A program made the position numbers and the translations under genes. Under the pieces are notes generated by a model. That model was not told where the DNA came from, did no database searches, and was given only the letters and a program-made list of their open reading frames with translations. A DNA stretch of 64,000 bases from sequence record NC_019411.1; one strand, given 5' to 3'. This document shows positions 8,605 through 17,653 of the stretch, piece after piece; the first letter of the stretch is position 1, and the number at the start of each line of letters is the position of its first letter.

Positions 8605-9051
8605 ATGTTCGCTTCCGTGACCCTCCCCGCCCATGACGCCCAAGGCCTGAGCCTCGAAACCGTCCACATGGTTTTCGCCCGTGAACTGGCGCAACACTTC
8701 GACCACGTGATTTCCGCCCCCGTGGTCGAAAGCTGGACCGACGAGGACACCGGCGCCGTGCAAGAGCAAGCCGCCGTCTGCTTCACCGTTTCGGCGACCC
8801 CGGCCGCGTGGGAAGCCAAGGGCGGGCGCCTCGCGCGCCGGCTGGAAAACCTCGCCGCGCGCTATGCCGCCGACTGCGACGCCCCGGCCCTGACCGTCAC
8901 CCACTGCGACGGCTCGACGGTCTATGTCGGCGCTCTGGAAGCCCTGGCGCGCCCCGCCCCGGTGCAAGGCCCGACCCGCGACGCGGACCCGGCTTTCCTC
9001 CCCCGCCAGCGCGAGGACAAGGCCGCCCGCTTCGATCGCCTGACCGCCTAG
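8605..9051 (+). CDS. Early hypothetical protein
   Basis: GGAG SD; downstream of the 8518 CtrA box. Confidence 0.75.
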   Translation: MFASVTLPAHDAQGLSLETVHMVFARELAQHFDHVISAPVVESWTDEDTGAVQEQAAVCFTVSATPAAWEAKGGRLARRLENLAARYAADCDAPALTVTHCDGSTVYVGALEALARPAPVQGPTRDADPAFLPRQREDKAARFDRLTA

Positions 9052-9068
9052 CCCCTGGCCTTCCCCCT

Positions 9069-9101
9069 AGCGCACCGCCCCTAGAAAGGCGGTGCGCTTT
9101 T
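9069..9101 (+). terminator. Intrinsic terminator
   Basis: AGCGCACCGCC/GGCGGTGCGCT followed by TTT. Confidence 0.75.
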
Positions 9102-9194
9102 CTGTGTCTGTTTACTTGTTGTTAAGGAATAGCCTGCTAGTGTCCCCTTGTCGGCGGACGCATCCCGCGCCCGCCCCTTTCTGGATCGCTCCCC

Positions 9195-9587
9195 ATGGCT
9201 CGCCCCTCTGACCTGCTCAACGTCAACGCCGCCCGCGTCCTGGCTTGCCTTGAGCCTATCGCCGCCGCCGCTAAGACCGCCCCGGCCGCCGACCGCGCCG
9301 CCCTTTCCTACCTGCTCGACGCTGGCGAGTATGTCGCCGCGTGGCGCCGCAACCTCACGGAAACCGACCGCCGCAAGGCCTATGGCGCGGCCTGCGCCGC
9401 CGAAGCCCTGGCGCTCGCTAACGCCTATCAGCCCGCCACCCTGCAAGGCGGCGCCGTCCGCCGCGCGCTGGGCGCCTATGCCGCCGCCCTGAAGGTCCTG
9501 CTAGACGGGGAGCCGGTCAAGGCGGTGCGCGCCGCCGAAGGCGCGGCGCTTTCGGTCCGCGCTCGCTACGCCAACACCCGCCTTTAA
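9195..9587 (+). CDS. Early hypothetical protein
   Basis: Downstream of the 9111 promoter; stop codon lies inside the next CtrA box. Confidence 0.75.
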   Translation: MARPSDLLNVNAARVLACLEPIAAAAKTAPAADRAALSYLLDAGEYVAAWRRNLTETDRRKAYGAACAAEALALANAYQPATLQGGAVRRALGAYAAALKVLLDGEPVKAVRAAEGAALSVRARYANTRL

Positions 9588-9641
9588 CCTCTTGTTAACA
9601 CCCCCCGGCTATGGTCGGGGGGTCGCAAGGAGACACCCGAC

Positions 9642-9836
9642 ATGACCCGCCCCGGCCCCGCCTCGCTCCTGACCCCGCAAGCCCGCTTCTCGTCGCCGCG
9701 CGTCCTGATCCTTCCGGGCGCGGCTCCCATGCCGATTCGCCAGCCGCGCGGCCTTTGCGCCGTCGAGTGCGTCGCCCTTGGCGTGACGCTGGGCGCGGCG
9801 CTCTACCTCGCCGCCCGCGTGTTCGGTCTGGTCTGA
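9642..9836 (+). CDS. Early small protein with C-terminal TM segment
   Basis: AAGGAG SD; hydrophobic C-terminus. Confidence 0.7.
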   Translation: MTRPGPASLLTPQARFSSPRVLILPGAAPMPIRQPRGLCAVECVALGVTLGAALYLAARVFGLV

Positions 9837-10281
9837 CCAGACCCCCGCCCGCCCCCGGTCGGACCGGTCGGGGGTGTGTCCCATAATGACACACCCCCCG
9901 CCACCTAGTATCTTTTTTGATTCGGAGGGACCCAAAGGCCCCCTACGTTAACCATTTTTGGCGGCGCCCCCCGGCGCCTACGGATCATTTTGAAAAATCG
10001 CGTTGACAAAACCAGCGATCAACGTCAAGGATCGTGACGTCGAGCAGCCCCGCCCGACACGGGCGGCCCGCCCCCATTCGCCGCCCGACGGCCCCATCTC
10101 CGACGTCCACCGGGGGTGGGGCCTTTTCATTTTCCAGCCAGGGGACCCAAGGCCCCCTGGCTTTGTAAATCGGACCGCCAAAAGGTCCCTCCAAAAATTT
10201 TCAAAACCAGAAACGCCCGGTTGACACTTCCAGACTTGGCTTCTAAGTGTTGCGCGACGACACGCAATCGAGGAGCCCGTC

Positions 10282-11028
10282 ATGACCGACGACATCACCA
10301 ACGCCACCCCCTACCACAAGTTCACGCCCTACGACTGGCGCGGCTATATCGAGTTCCCGGCCACGGTCGATCTGGCCAAGCTGGTCCAGACCGTCTACGC
10401 CCGCTCGACCCCCAGGGGCCTGGGCTTCCTCCACTTCACCCCCGGCGATCTGGACGAGGGCCGCGTCACCACCGCCATCTATGACGCCCAGGAGCGCTTC
10501 ACCGAGGCCGAAGCCCAGTCGGCGCTCGACTTCAACGGCGAGCCCCGCGACAGCCGTCACCGCTTCTTCGACTTCGATTATGTCGACGGCCGGGCGGTGA
10601 AGTTCAACCTCTACCGCGACCTCAACGATCGCCGCTTCTACTGCGAACTCGACTGGTACGACCATTCCGAGTACGACGTCTTCGATCTGGTCGCCACCCT
10701 GCGCGACCTGTCCGACGACGCCACCAAGGCCTATCTCGACGCGGTCGCCGCCGCCAAGGCCCAGAAAAAGGCCGACGAGTTCGCCGCGACCGAAGCGCGC
10801 GCCCTCCTCTTGGTCCGCGCCCTGAAAAACGTCATGGGCGGCTCGGAGACCATCCCCCGCGAGGAGTTCTATCGCCGCTACGGCGGCAAGCCGAGCGTCA
10901 TGTACGCCGCCGACGCCCAGGATCGCCCCTATTTCGACTACGCGTTCAACCGGGACCACACCATTGTCACCGTCCGGCCGGACGAGGGCGGCGAGGCCCT
11001 CTACGCCCGCGACGCCGTCCCGGCCTGA
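10282..11028 (+). CDS. Hypothetical protein
   Basis: GAGGAG SD; TTGACA promoter at about 10222. Confidence 0.8.
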   Translation: MTDDITNATPYHKFTPYDWRGYIEFPATVDLAKLVQTVYARSTPRGLGFLHFTPGDLDEGRVTTAIYDAQERFTEAEAQSALDFNGEPRDSRHRFFDFDYVDGRAVKFNLYRDLNDRRFYCELDWYDHSEYDVFDLVATLRDLSDDATKAYLDAVAAAKAQKKADEFAATEARALLLVRALKNVMGGSETIPREEFYRRYGGKPSVMYAADAQDRPYFDYAFNRDHTIVTVRPDEGGEALYARDAVPA

Positions 11029-11032
11029 TCCC

Positions 11033-11260
11033 ATGAGCGACGAACGCGGCCCCGGCCACACCCATTTCTACGCCTCCGAGGACGGCAAGCACGTCATGCG
11101 CTGCCTGAACAACGACCCGGCCTGGGTCAATCCGGTCGTCCATGACGAGGCCCCGCTGCCGGCCTGGAAGATCGCCGTGATGTTGCAGGACGCCTATAAT
11201 CTTGGCAAGCGCGAGCAGCAGGAGATCATCCGCCGCGCCCTTGGAGTTCCCGGACGATGA
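11033..11260 (+). CDS. Hypothetical protein
   Basis: ATG 11033; stop overlaps the next start. Confidence 0.65.
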   Translation: MSDERGPGHTHFYASEDGKHVMRCLNNDPAWVNPVVHDEAPLPAWKIAVMLQDAYNLGKREQQEIIRRALGVPGR

Positions 11261-11931
11261 CCGAACTGACCCTTGGCGAGCGCTATGCGCGGGAGGCCCT
11301 GGCGGTCGCCCTGTTTGGCCAGCGCCGCACGTCCTCGTCGATCGGCGGCGCGCCGGCCTCGCTCTGGCACGAGATCGCGCCCCAGCAGCGCGGAAGCTGG
11401 CGCGAGCAGGCCGATCGCCTCGTCGCCGAGCAGGGCGGCGACGCCACGGCCGTCACCAAGGACCAGACTCGCATCCTGGAGCCCTGGGAGGCGGCGCTGA
11501 AGGCCCTGGCCGACGGCAAGGACCCCGACGACTACTACGGCGGCGATGACCACCGCGCCGATCGCCCCATCGCCTCCTACTACCGCACCACGGTCACCTA
11601 CGACTACGCCCTGACCGACGAGACCCTGCTGAAGGCCTGGGCCAGCGCCGAGCGTCAGGGTCTTTCCCTGCCGGCCTTCCCGGAAGACGCCTTCTCGGGC
11701 GCGGCGATCGACGAGACCAAGTTCCGCACCCTGACCGCTTGGGAGGCGGCCGTCATGGCGGTCACCCAGTACGACAAGGCCGAGCGCTTTGACGCCTACC
11801 GCTTCAAGGTTCCGTTCGAGTTCCGGTTCACCGCCCAGACCCTGGCGGAGTTCAACGACCTGCTGACCGCCGCTGATGAGCAAGCCCTGCCCAGCCGCGC
11901 GCCGGCCGACAACAAGAGGTACCCCGCCTGA
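11257..11931 (+). CDS. Hypothetical protein
   Basis: ATGA-coupled operon. Confidence 0.75.
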   Translation: MTELTLGERYAREALAVALFGQRRTSSSIGGAPASLWHEIAPQQRGSWREQADRLVAEQGGDATAVTKDQTRILEPWEAALKALADGKDPDDYYGGDDHRADRPIASYYRTTVTYDYALTDETLLKAWASAERQGLSLPAFPEDAFSGAAIDETKFRTLTAWEAAVMAVTQYDKAERFDAYRFKVPFEFRFTAQTLAEFNDLLTAADEQALPSRAPADNKRYPA

Positions 11932-12203
11932 TGCGCCGTCTCGCCATCCTGACCCTCGCCGCGATCGCCCTGACCGCCTGCGCCGAGCAGACCAAGGTGG
12001 ACGATCAGGTCTACGCCACGCTGGAGAACGGCTGCGTCGTCCACAAGATCGTCCGCCAGGAGAAGGGCAGCATGTTCGTCGAGGAGGTCTATACCACCGT
12101 CTGCCCCAACGGGGCGACCCGGACGGAGTGGGAGACGACCAAGATGGTCGGCAAGACGGTGACCGTCGAACGGCACGCCACCGAAACTCCGGCGACGCGC
12201 TGA
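11931..12203 (+). CDS. Lipoprotein
   Basis: Signal peptide MRRLAILTLAAIALTA-C with lipobox. Confidence 0.75.
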   Translation: MRRLAILTLAAIALTACAEQTKVDDQVYATLENGCVVHKIVRQEKGSMFVEEVYTTVCPNGATRTEWETTKMVGKTVTVERHATETPATR

Positions 12204-12287
12204 TGACCGCCGCCCTGACCCTCTCGCGCCGCTTCACCCCCACCGACCTCTCCGACGCCATCGAAGACTTCAACCCGTAGGCGTATC

Positions 12288-12659
12288 ATGAGCGTAAACT
12301 ACCATATCGAGCGCGCCGTCCGGGCGCCGGAGAAAGGCTTCGTCCAGGTCCGCCACATCGGACAGTGGGCCAACGGCCGTTTCCTCTTCCAGGGCGCGAC
12401 CTTCCGGACCACGCGGGCGTGGCGCGACCATCTCCGGACCCTGACGGACGACGAGCGCATCGCCAGCGAGAACGGCGTGGTCATGAGCCCGAGCGAGTTC
12501 TGGAACATGGTCGGCCAGACCCTGGCCAACGACACCACGCTCGACTACGCTCTGAACGTCGCCCAGGGCTTCGAGCAATACAGCCTCGCGCGCGGCTTCC
12601 TGGAGGGTCGCTTCTGGATGGACGGTCCCTTCGCCTTCACCAGCAACGAGTTCCATTGA
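12288..12659 (+). CDS. Hypothetical protein
   Basis: Operon context, codon bias. Confidence 0.7.
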   Translation: MSVNYHIERAVRAPEKGFVQVRHIGQWANGRFLFQGATFRTTRAWRDHLRTLTDDERIASENGVVMSPSEFWNMVGQTLANDTTLDYALNVAQGFEQYSLARGFLEGRFWMDGPFAFTSNEFH

Positions 12660-13084
12660 TGCCCGGATTTTTCGCCCGCCTGCTTTACCGGATCGCCGGC
12701 GTCGCCCCGATTAGCACGCCGAAGACCGCCGCCCTGGTCGCGGCGGTCTGGTGGACGACCCGGATGAATATCGAGGCGGCCGTCGACCCCGGCACGAGCG
12801 ACGCCGAAAAGCTCCAACTGGCCGACGCCTTCCAGGACGAGCTTTGCCGGCTGGTCGACGGGCGCCTGCGGCGGATCGGCAAGCGTTCCGAGGGGCTGTC
12901 GATCGACTTCGACTACACGCCCGACCCGCTTCTGGCCGAGGCCTTGCGCAAGGCCGGCGTCTCGCGCAGCGTCTGGAGCGACCTGTGGCTCAACAAGACC
13001 CGCATGGTCGTCCAGTCCCACCAGATCAGCGTCAAGCCCGGACTGGCCGGGCAGCGCTACACCATCCCCATCGGAGAGGCCTGA
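12659..13084 (+). CDS. Hypothetical protein
   Basis: TGATG coupling at both ends. Confidence 0.7.
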   Translation: MPGFFARLLYRIAGVAPISTPKTAALVAAVWWTTRMNIEAAVDPGTSDAEKLQLADAFQDELCRLVDGRLRRIGKRSEGLSIDFDYTPDPLLAEALRKAGVSRSVWSDLWLNKTRMVVQSHQISVKPGLAGQRYTIPIGEA

Positions 13085-13386
13085 TGCCCTACTACCGCAA
13101 GAAGCCCGTCGTGATCGAGGCGATCACCTTCGACGAACTCGTCGCCCACGGGATCGCCGAGTACAAGGCCGGGCGCGGGAACTACGTCAACGGCATGCCC
13201 TGGTCGTTCGACTACAAGGGCCAGCGGGTCACCCACGAGGACGACGACACCTATCTGATCCCGACCCTGGAGGGGACCATGACCTTCAGCCGGGGCGCGA
13301 TGCTGATCACCGGCGTCCAGGGCGAAGTCTACCCGTGCGCGATGGACATCTTCGAAGCAACCTACGAGCGCGTGGAGGCTCCGTGA
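13084..13386 (+). CDS. Conserved phage protein (KKPVVIEA...IPTLEG...GEVYPC..DIF family)
   Basis: Widespread phage motif pattern. Confidence 0.75.
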   Translation: MPYYRKKPVVIEAITFDELVAHGIAEYKAGRGNYVNGMPWSFDYKGQRVTHEDDDTYLIPTLEGTMTFSRGAMLITGVQGEVYPCAMDIFEATYERVEAP

Positions 13387-13652
13387 GCAAGTCCCAGCCG
13401 AGCAAGGCCGAACTGATGGCGGTCGGCGAGCGCAAGCACGAGACTTGCCGCTACGGCCGGCTGACCGAGATGTGGACCACCGACCTCGTCACCAACAAGG
13501 AGACGGCGGGCGTGGCGCCGCTCTGCACCTTCGACCCGCCCGGCGACCTCCCGCCGGCCCTCAAGCGGGTCTGGGGCGGCATCATCGATCTTGACCGCGA
13601 CTGCGCCGTCTGCCTCGCCCACCGCGAGGTCCCGCTGGAGCCCCTGCCGTGA
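13383..13652 (+). CDS. Cys-containing hypothetical protein
   Basis: GTGA coupling. Confidence 0.65.
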   Translation: MSKSQPSKAELMAVGERKHETCRYGRLTEMWTTDLVTNKETAGVAPLCTFDPPGDLPPALKRVWGGIIDLDRDCAVCLAHREVPLEPLP

Positions 13653-13939
13653 AAACCTGGGACCACCGCGTCTTCTGTCCCTGCGGCCACAACGACGAGC
13701 ACTATGGCGGCGATCCGGCCCTGGCCGGGTACTGGTACAAGAACGACGTCTGTCCCCGCTGCGCCACGCGCGGCGATCGCTGGCGCGTCTTCACTGTCCG
13801 CTGGGTCTCGCTGGCCAAGCTCTGGGCGCCGTGGACCTGGGGCCGGGGCTATTGGGAGGCCGACACCGGCGAGGCGCGCAAGCCCCTGACCGAGGTCTGG
13901 CCGGTGCTTGCCGGCAAGGAGGTGGTCCATGCCGACTGA
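13649..13939 (+). CDS. Putative Zn-ribbon protein
   Basis: CPCGH...CPRC. Confidence 0.65.
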   Translation: MKTWDHRVFCPCGHNDEHYGGDPALAGYWYKNDVCPRCATRGDRWRVFTVRWVSLAKLWAPWTWGRGYWEADTGEARKPLTEVWPVLAGKEVVHAD

Positions 13940-14297
13940 CGCCTTGGTCAAGGTCTGGACCTACGACAAGGCCCCGCGCTACCGCGCCAAGCGGGTCATG
14001 CGCATGGAGCACCACGCCGCCCCGAGGCCCGTCTGGGTCGTCGGCCGGCGCCTGCCGCTCCCCTGGCTCAATCTCTACTGGCCGCTGCGCTACTGGTATG
14101 TCGAGTTTGGCGAGAAGCCCGTCAAGCTCGCCGCCGAGTTCAGCACCGCCGAGGCCGCTGCCAAGTTCATCACCACCCAGCCGGACTTCTTCCCCCATCG
14201 CCCGGCCGTGCGGCTGGACGCCGTCCATTACTTCACCGAGCGGGGTGATCCGGCCATCCTCGGCGAGCCAAAGCCCCGCAAGGAGCGTGTCTTTTGA
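13929..14297 (+). CDS. Hypothetical protein
   Basis: GGAGG SD, ATG 13929. Confidence 0.65.
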   Translation: MPTDALVKVWTYDKAPRYRAKRVMRMEHHAAPRPVWVVGRRLPLPWLNLYWPLRYWYVEFGEKPVKLAAEFSTAEAAAKFITTQPDFFPHRPAVRLDAVHYFTERGDPAILGEPKPRKERVF

Positions 14298-14959
14298 GCA
14301 TCCGGATCGGCGAGCGCCACCTCGAATACACCACCGACAAGGTCTACTGGCTCCCGCGCGGCTATTCCAAGCGGAGCGGCCGGTACGTCTACCCGCACCA
14401 CGGCTGGTCGTGGACTGAATGGCGCTCGGAGGTCACTGACACCTACGAGACCCTGGAGCGCGCCCAAAGCGCCATCTCCGGCGGCTATCTCAAGGACATG
14501 ATCAAGTCCCAGGAGATCGTCGACATCGTCATCCTCCAGGTCCGCACGGTCCGGGAGATCGTCGAGGACCGCACCATCGTGGCCCATGATCTCGCCGGCA
14601 AGCCGCTCGACCGGGCCGAGCCGTCGGTGAGCGCCCAGGACCATGTCCTGGAGCCGGGCGCCTATGTCTTTCTCAACTATGACGGCGATGCGGACCCGAC
14701 CACCTACGCGGTCTACGGCAAGGTCCTGGCCATCCATGATGACCGCGTCAGCCTCTGGGTGATCAACGGGGCCTGGACCATGGTCCTGACCGCCGCCGAC
14801 GGGACCTTGCGGGTCGCCCCTGACAGCCACGGCCCCGCCGGGCGCGAGGTCTTCATCCTCTATGCCGGCGAGCCGCCCAATCCCTTGACCGGGTCGGACT
14901 TCTACACCGACCAGTTCAACGCCTATCTCAAGTTGCGCGGCCTGCAAGACGCCGCCTGA
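14294..14959 (+). CDS. Hypothetical protein
   Basis: TTGA coupling. Confidence 0.7.
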   Translation: MSIRIGERHLEYTTDKVYWLPRGYSKRSGRYVYPHHGWSWTEWRSEVTDTYETLERAQSAISGGYLKDMIKSQEIVDIVILQVRTVREIVEDRTIVAHDLAGKPLDRAEPSVSAQDHVLEPGAYVFLNYDGDADPTTYAVYGKVLAIHDDRVSLWVINGAWTMVLTAADGTLRVAPDSHGPAGREVFILYAGEPPNPLTGSDFYTDQFNAYLKLRGLQDAA

Positions 14960-14967
14960 AGGACAAC

Positions 14968-15582
14968 ATGACCGACTCGCCCCTTCACCCGACCGACCGC
15001 GCGATCCTCGACCTCCTCCAGGAGGAGGCCGCCGAGACCCTGCTGGAATTCGCCCCGGTGATCGGCCGGCTGATCAAGATCGCCTCCAAGGTCAAGCGCT
15101 TTGGCAACGGGACCAACCCGTTCGATCCAGGCGCCAAGCCCAATCTCGAACTCCTGGAGGACGAGATCGGCGATCTGGAGGCCCTGGTCGACCTCCTGGC
15201 CGAGCGGGGCCTGATCTCGCGCGAGCGGATCGCCGCGCGCAAGGTCTGGAAGCGCGGCATGCTCAAGACCCACAAGACCCTGCCGCCGGACGCCTTCTCG
15301 GTCGAGAACCTCCCGCCGCTTGGCGCCGTGCCGGGCCTTGACCTGGACCCGTCCAACCCCATTGTCGCTTTGGCGGCTGACGTCCGCACCGGCGGCTATA
15401 CCGCCCTCTTCGGCGGCCACGCCCCCTCGGCCGAGCCGCCCGCGCCGGGCAAGCCGCTCTACATCCGCTACATCAACAGCCAGTCGATCCACTCCAACCG
15501 CTTCCTGTCCTGGGAAGAACTGAGCAGCGCCGACCGCCAGCGGTGGAACGACGCGGCCAAGGCCGGCAAGATCGCCCCGTAA
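14968..15582 (+). CDS. MazG-like nucleotide pyrophosphohydrolase domain protein (N-terminal half)
   Basis: LQEEAAE...KVKRFG...LEDEIGDLEALVDLL resembles the all-alpha NTP-PPase EXXE/EXXD signature. Confidence 0.55.
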   Translation: MTDSPLHPTDRAILDLLQEEAAETLLEFAPVIGRLIKIASKVKRFGNGTNPFDPGAKPNLELLEDEIGDLEALVDLLAERGLISRERIAARKVWKRGMLKTHKTLPPDAFSVENLPPLGAVPGLDLDPSNPIVALAADVRTGGYTALFGGHAPSAEPPAPGKPLYIRYINSQSIHSNRFLSWEELSSADRQRWNDAAKAGKIAP

Positions 15583-15592
15583 CGAGGACCCC

Positions 15593-16153
15593 ATGACCCA
15601 GCTTCTCCCCGACACCCTCTATGTGACCTCCCACGAGGGTCCCGAATACAGCGCCACGACCCAAGAGGGCCTGCCCGGCGCCGTGCGCTACACCCGCTTC
15701 GACCACGACCAGCACATCAAGGCCGCCAAGATGCTCCTGGCCGGCGCGACGATCCACGAGGCCCACGGGCAGTACGGCATCGCCGCCGGCCTGAAGGCGG
15801 CCGTGACCGAGGCTGGCGTCAACATCGTCGGCGAGGCCACCGACATCCTCAAGGCCCAGGAACTGACGATCGCCCAGTTGCGCCGCCAGCGCAACGACCT
15901 CCTGGTCGCCAACAACCACTATCTGGCCGACGCCCGCGCGGCGCGGGCCGGCGAGCCGTCCCCGCCGGTGACCCCGGAGGTCGCCGACGCCATCCGGGCG
16001 ATCGGGATCGACGCCCTTCAGCGCAAGGCCAAGGACTACCTGGAGGACTACGAGTACCGGGGCGAGTTCGGGACCTTCCAGCCCGGCCCGCAGGAACGGA
16101 TCGTGCTCGACGATCTCCTGCAAGGCTTCCTGGCCCTGATCACCGAGGCCTGA
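15593..16153 (+). CDS. Hypothetical protein
   Basis: GAGG SD. Confidence 0.7.
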   Translation: MTQLLPDTLYVTSHEGPEYSATTQEGLPGAVRYTRFDHDQHIKAAKMLLAGATIHEAHGQYGIAAGLKAAVTEAGVNIVGEATDILKAQELTIAQLRRQRNDLLVANNHYLADARAARAGEPSPPVTPEVADAIRAIGIDALQRKAKDYLEDYEYRGEFGTFQPGPQERIVLDDLLQGFLALITEA

Positions 16154-16154
16154 C

Positions 16155-16382
16155 ATGGACGAAGCGGCCATCCGAGAGGAATTCGAGCGCCGGATGTTGA
16201 CGCTGATGCGCAACGCCCCGCCCGGCTATGTCCAAGCCGCGCTGGAACGCCGCCCGGATGGACGCTACGTCCAGATGACCATCCAGCGCAACTACCGTCA
16301 CTTCCGGATCGGCTTCGAGATGGGCTACATCGCCCGCGCCAAGGACGACGCCCTGAAGGGCATGAAGAAGGCGAAACGATGA
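16155..16382 (+). CDS. Hypothetical protein
   Basis: Operon packing. Confidence 0.65.
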   Translation: MDEAAIREEFERRMLTLMRNAPPGYVQAALERRPDGRYVQMTIQRNYRHFRIGFEMGYIARAKDDALKGMKKAKR

Positions 16383-16594
16383 CTCCCTACGCCTACTACC
16401 TTCCGGCCCTGCGGCGGATTCGGCACGCGCTGCACGATATCCGCGATCGCGGCATCCGGTCCTGGGCCGCGATCCAGTACAAATTCCTGGAGAACCGCCT
16501 GCGGGATCAATGCCCGACGGAGGCCGACATCGCCAACCTCGAACTGCACATGACCGATGAGGATCGTGCGCGCGGACAACCGGCGGCGGCATGA
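16379..16594 (+). CDS. Hypothetical protein
   Basis: ATGA coupling. Confidence 0.65.
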   Translation: MTPYAYYLPALRRIRHALHDIRDRGIRSWAAIQYKFLENRLRDQCPTEADIANLELHMTDEDRARGQPAAA

Positions 16595-16809
16595 TCCCCT
16601 ACGATCTGCGCCAGCAGCATGACGAATGGGGCAACGCCGAGCACCTCCTGTCGCCGCTCGACGCGGGCAAGCTGCGCGACAACGACTGGCGCCGCGTCTC
16701 GGGCGATTGCGTCTGCGCGGTCTGTGGCAAGCTCTACTACGACCACCCGCCCGTCCTGGGCGCGCTCTGGCTCAACCGTATCTGCGATGGGAACTTGGTG
16801 AAGCTCTGA
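16591..16809 (+). CDS. Putative Zn-binding protein
   Basis: CVCAVCGKLYYDH...C; ATGA coupling. Confidence 0.65.
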   Translation: MIPYDLRQQHDEWGNAEHLLSPLDAGKLRDNDWRRVSGDCVCAVCGKLYYDHPPVLGALWLNRICDGNLVKL

Positions 16810-16964
16810 TGAAGGACGAAAAAGACATCAAGGACGCCTTCGCCCTGATCGGGGTGATCGCGCTGATTATCATCCTGTCGACGGTCTTTCTCGGGGTCGC
16901 GCGGCGCTATGGCTGGACCGAGCCGAACCTCCCACCGCCTGAGGTCTTGAGGACCATTCGATGA
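16809..16964 (+). CDS. Small membrane protein
   Basis: TGATG coupling; FALIGVIALIIILSTVFLGV. Confidence 0.6.
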   Translation: MKDEKDIKDAFALIGVIALIIILSTVFLGVARRYGWTEPNLPPPEVLRTIR

Positions 16965-17161
16965 CCGAGCCACGCCTCTCTTACTGCACTGTCCGCATCG
17001 GCGTCCTTCCTGATGGTGATATCGAGTATCATCTGGAGTGCCGCTTCGAGGATGGCCAGAAATACGCGGCCGTGAAGGTTGATGGCGGTCATGAGCGCCT
17101 TGCTCATCGGATCGCTGAGTTCCTAAACCTGGGGGCGGAGGTGTATGATGGCCAACCCTGA
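16961..17161 (+). CDS. Hypothetical protein
   Basis: ATGA coupling. Confidence 0.6.
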   Translation: MTEPRLSYCTVRIGVLPDGDIEYHLECRFEDGQKYAAVKVDGGHERLAHRIAEFLNLGAEVYDGQP

Positions 17162-17354
17162 CGGCGTTCTGATCAAGACCTGGGAGGTCCACTGCCGGGC
17201 CTGCCAGGAACCCTATCTGGGCATCCGGGGCGACATGTCCCAGGCCCAGGCGGAGCTTCGCAAGATGGGCTGGCGCACGCGCGGCGGGCGCTGGGTCTGC
17301 GCGGTCTGCGAGCCGGGCGTGCCGATCGGCCACCGGTGGACAGATGAGCCCTGA
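17148..17354 (+). CDS. Putative Zn-finger protein
   Basis: CRAC...CAVC; GGAGG SD. Confidence 0.6.
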   Translation: MANPDGVLIKTWEVHCRACQEPYLGIRGDMSQAQAELRKMGWRTRGGRWVCAVCEPGVPIGHRWTDEP

Positions 17355-17445
17355 ATGACTTACCTGTCGTCCATATAGGGCCATTACGCCTTACCTGTAA
17401 GGCGCCCGGAAATGGGCTAGTCGCGGTCACGCGCCCTCTGGAGGG

Positions 17446-17649
17446 CTACTTTTCCATGAATTTCCGCACCTGGAGGTAGCGCCCGAGCAGGTCGTGTAGC
17501 ACCTCGGCCTCCCGGAGCGTGATGATCTGCTCGCCCAGCGAGGTCGGCCCCTCCAGGGCGACCAGTACCTGATCGTCGACCGCGTCTTCGATCGTCACCA
17601 CGATGGGATTGCCAAGTTCGTTGACGAAGGCCTTCTGAAGCTGTCGCAC
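17446..17649 (-). CDS. Hypothetical protein
   Basis: AAGGAG SD, downstream of the BTLCP gene. Confidence 0.7.
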   Translation of the reverse strand: MRQLQKAFVNELGNPIVVTIEDAVDDQVLVALEGPTSLGEQIITLREAEVLHDLLGRYLQVRKFMEK

Positions 17650-17653
17650 GTCG

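Larger units (their letters stand above)
2589..9598 (+). promoter_or_regulatory. Set of CtrA-box promoters (TTAA-N7-TTAA, then CTAG/GCTA -10 element)
   Basis: Perfect boxes at 2891, 4311, 5212, 5907, 8518, 9584; one-mismatch boxes at 2624, 3718, 6258, 9111 and on the minus strand at 2589-2603; the TTAA-N7-TTAA CtrA consensus is established in Caulobacter. Confidence 0.85.
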
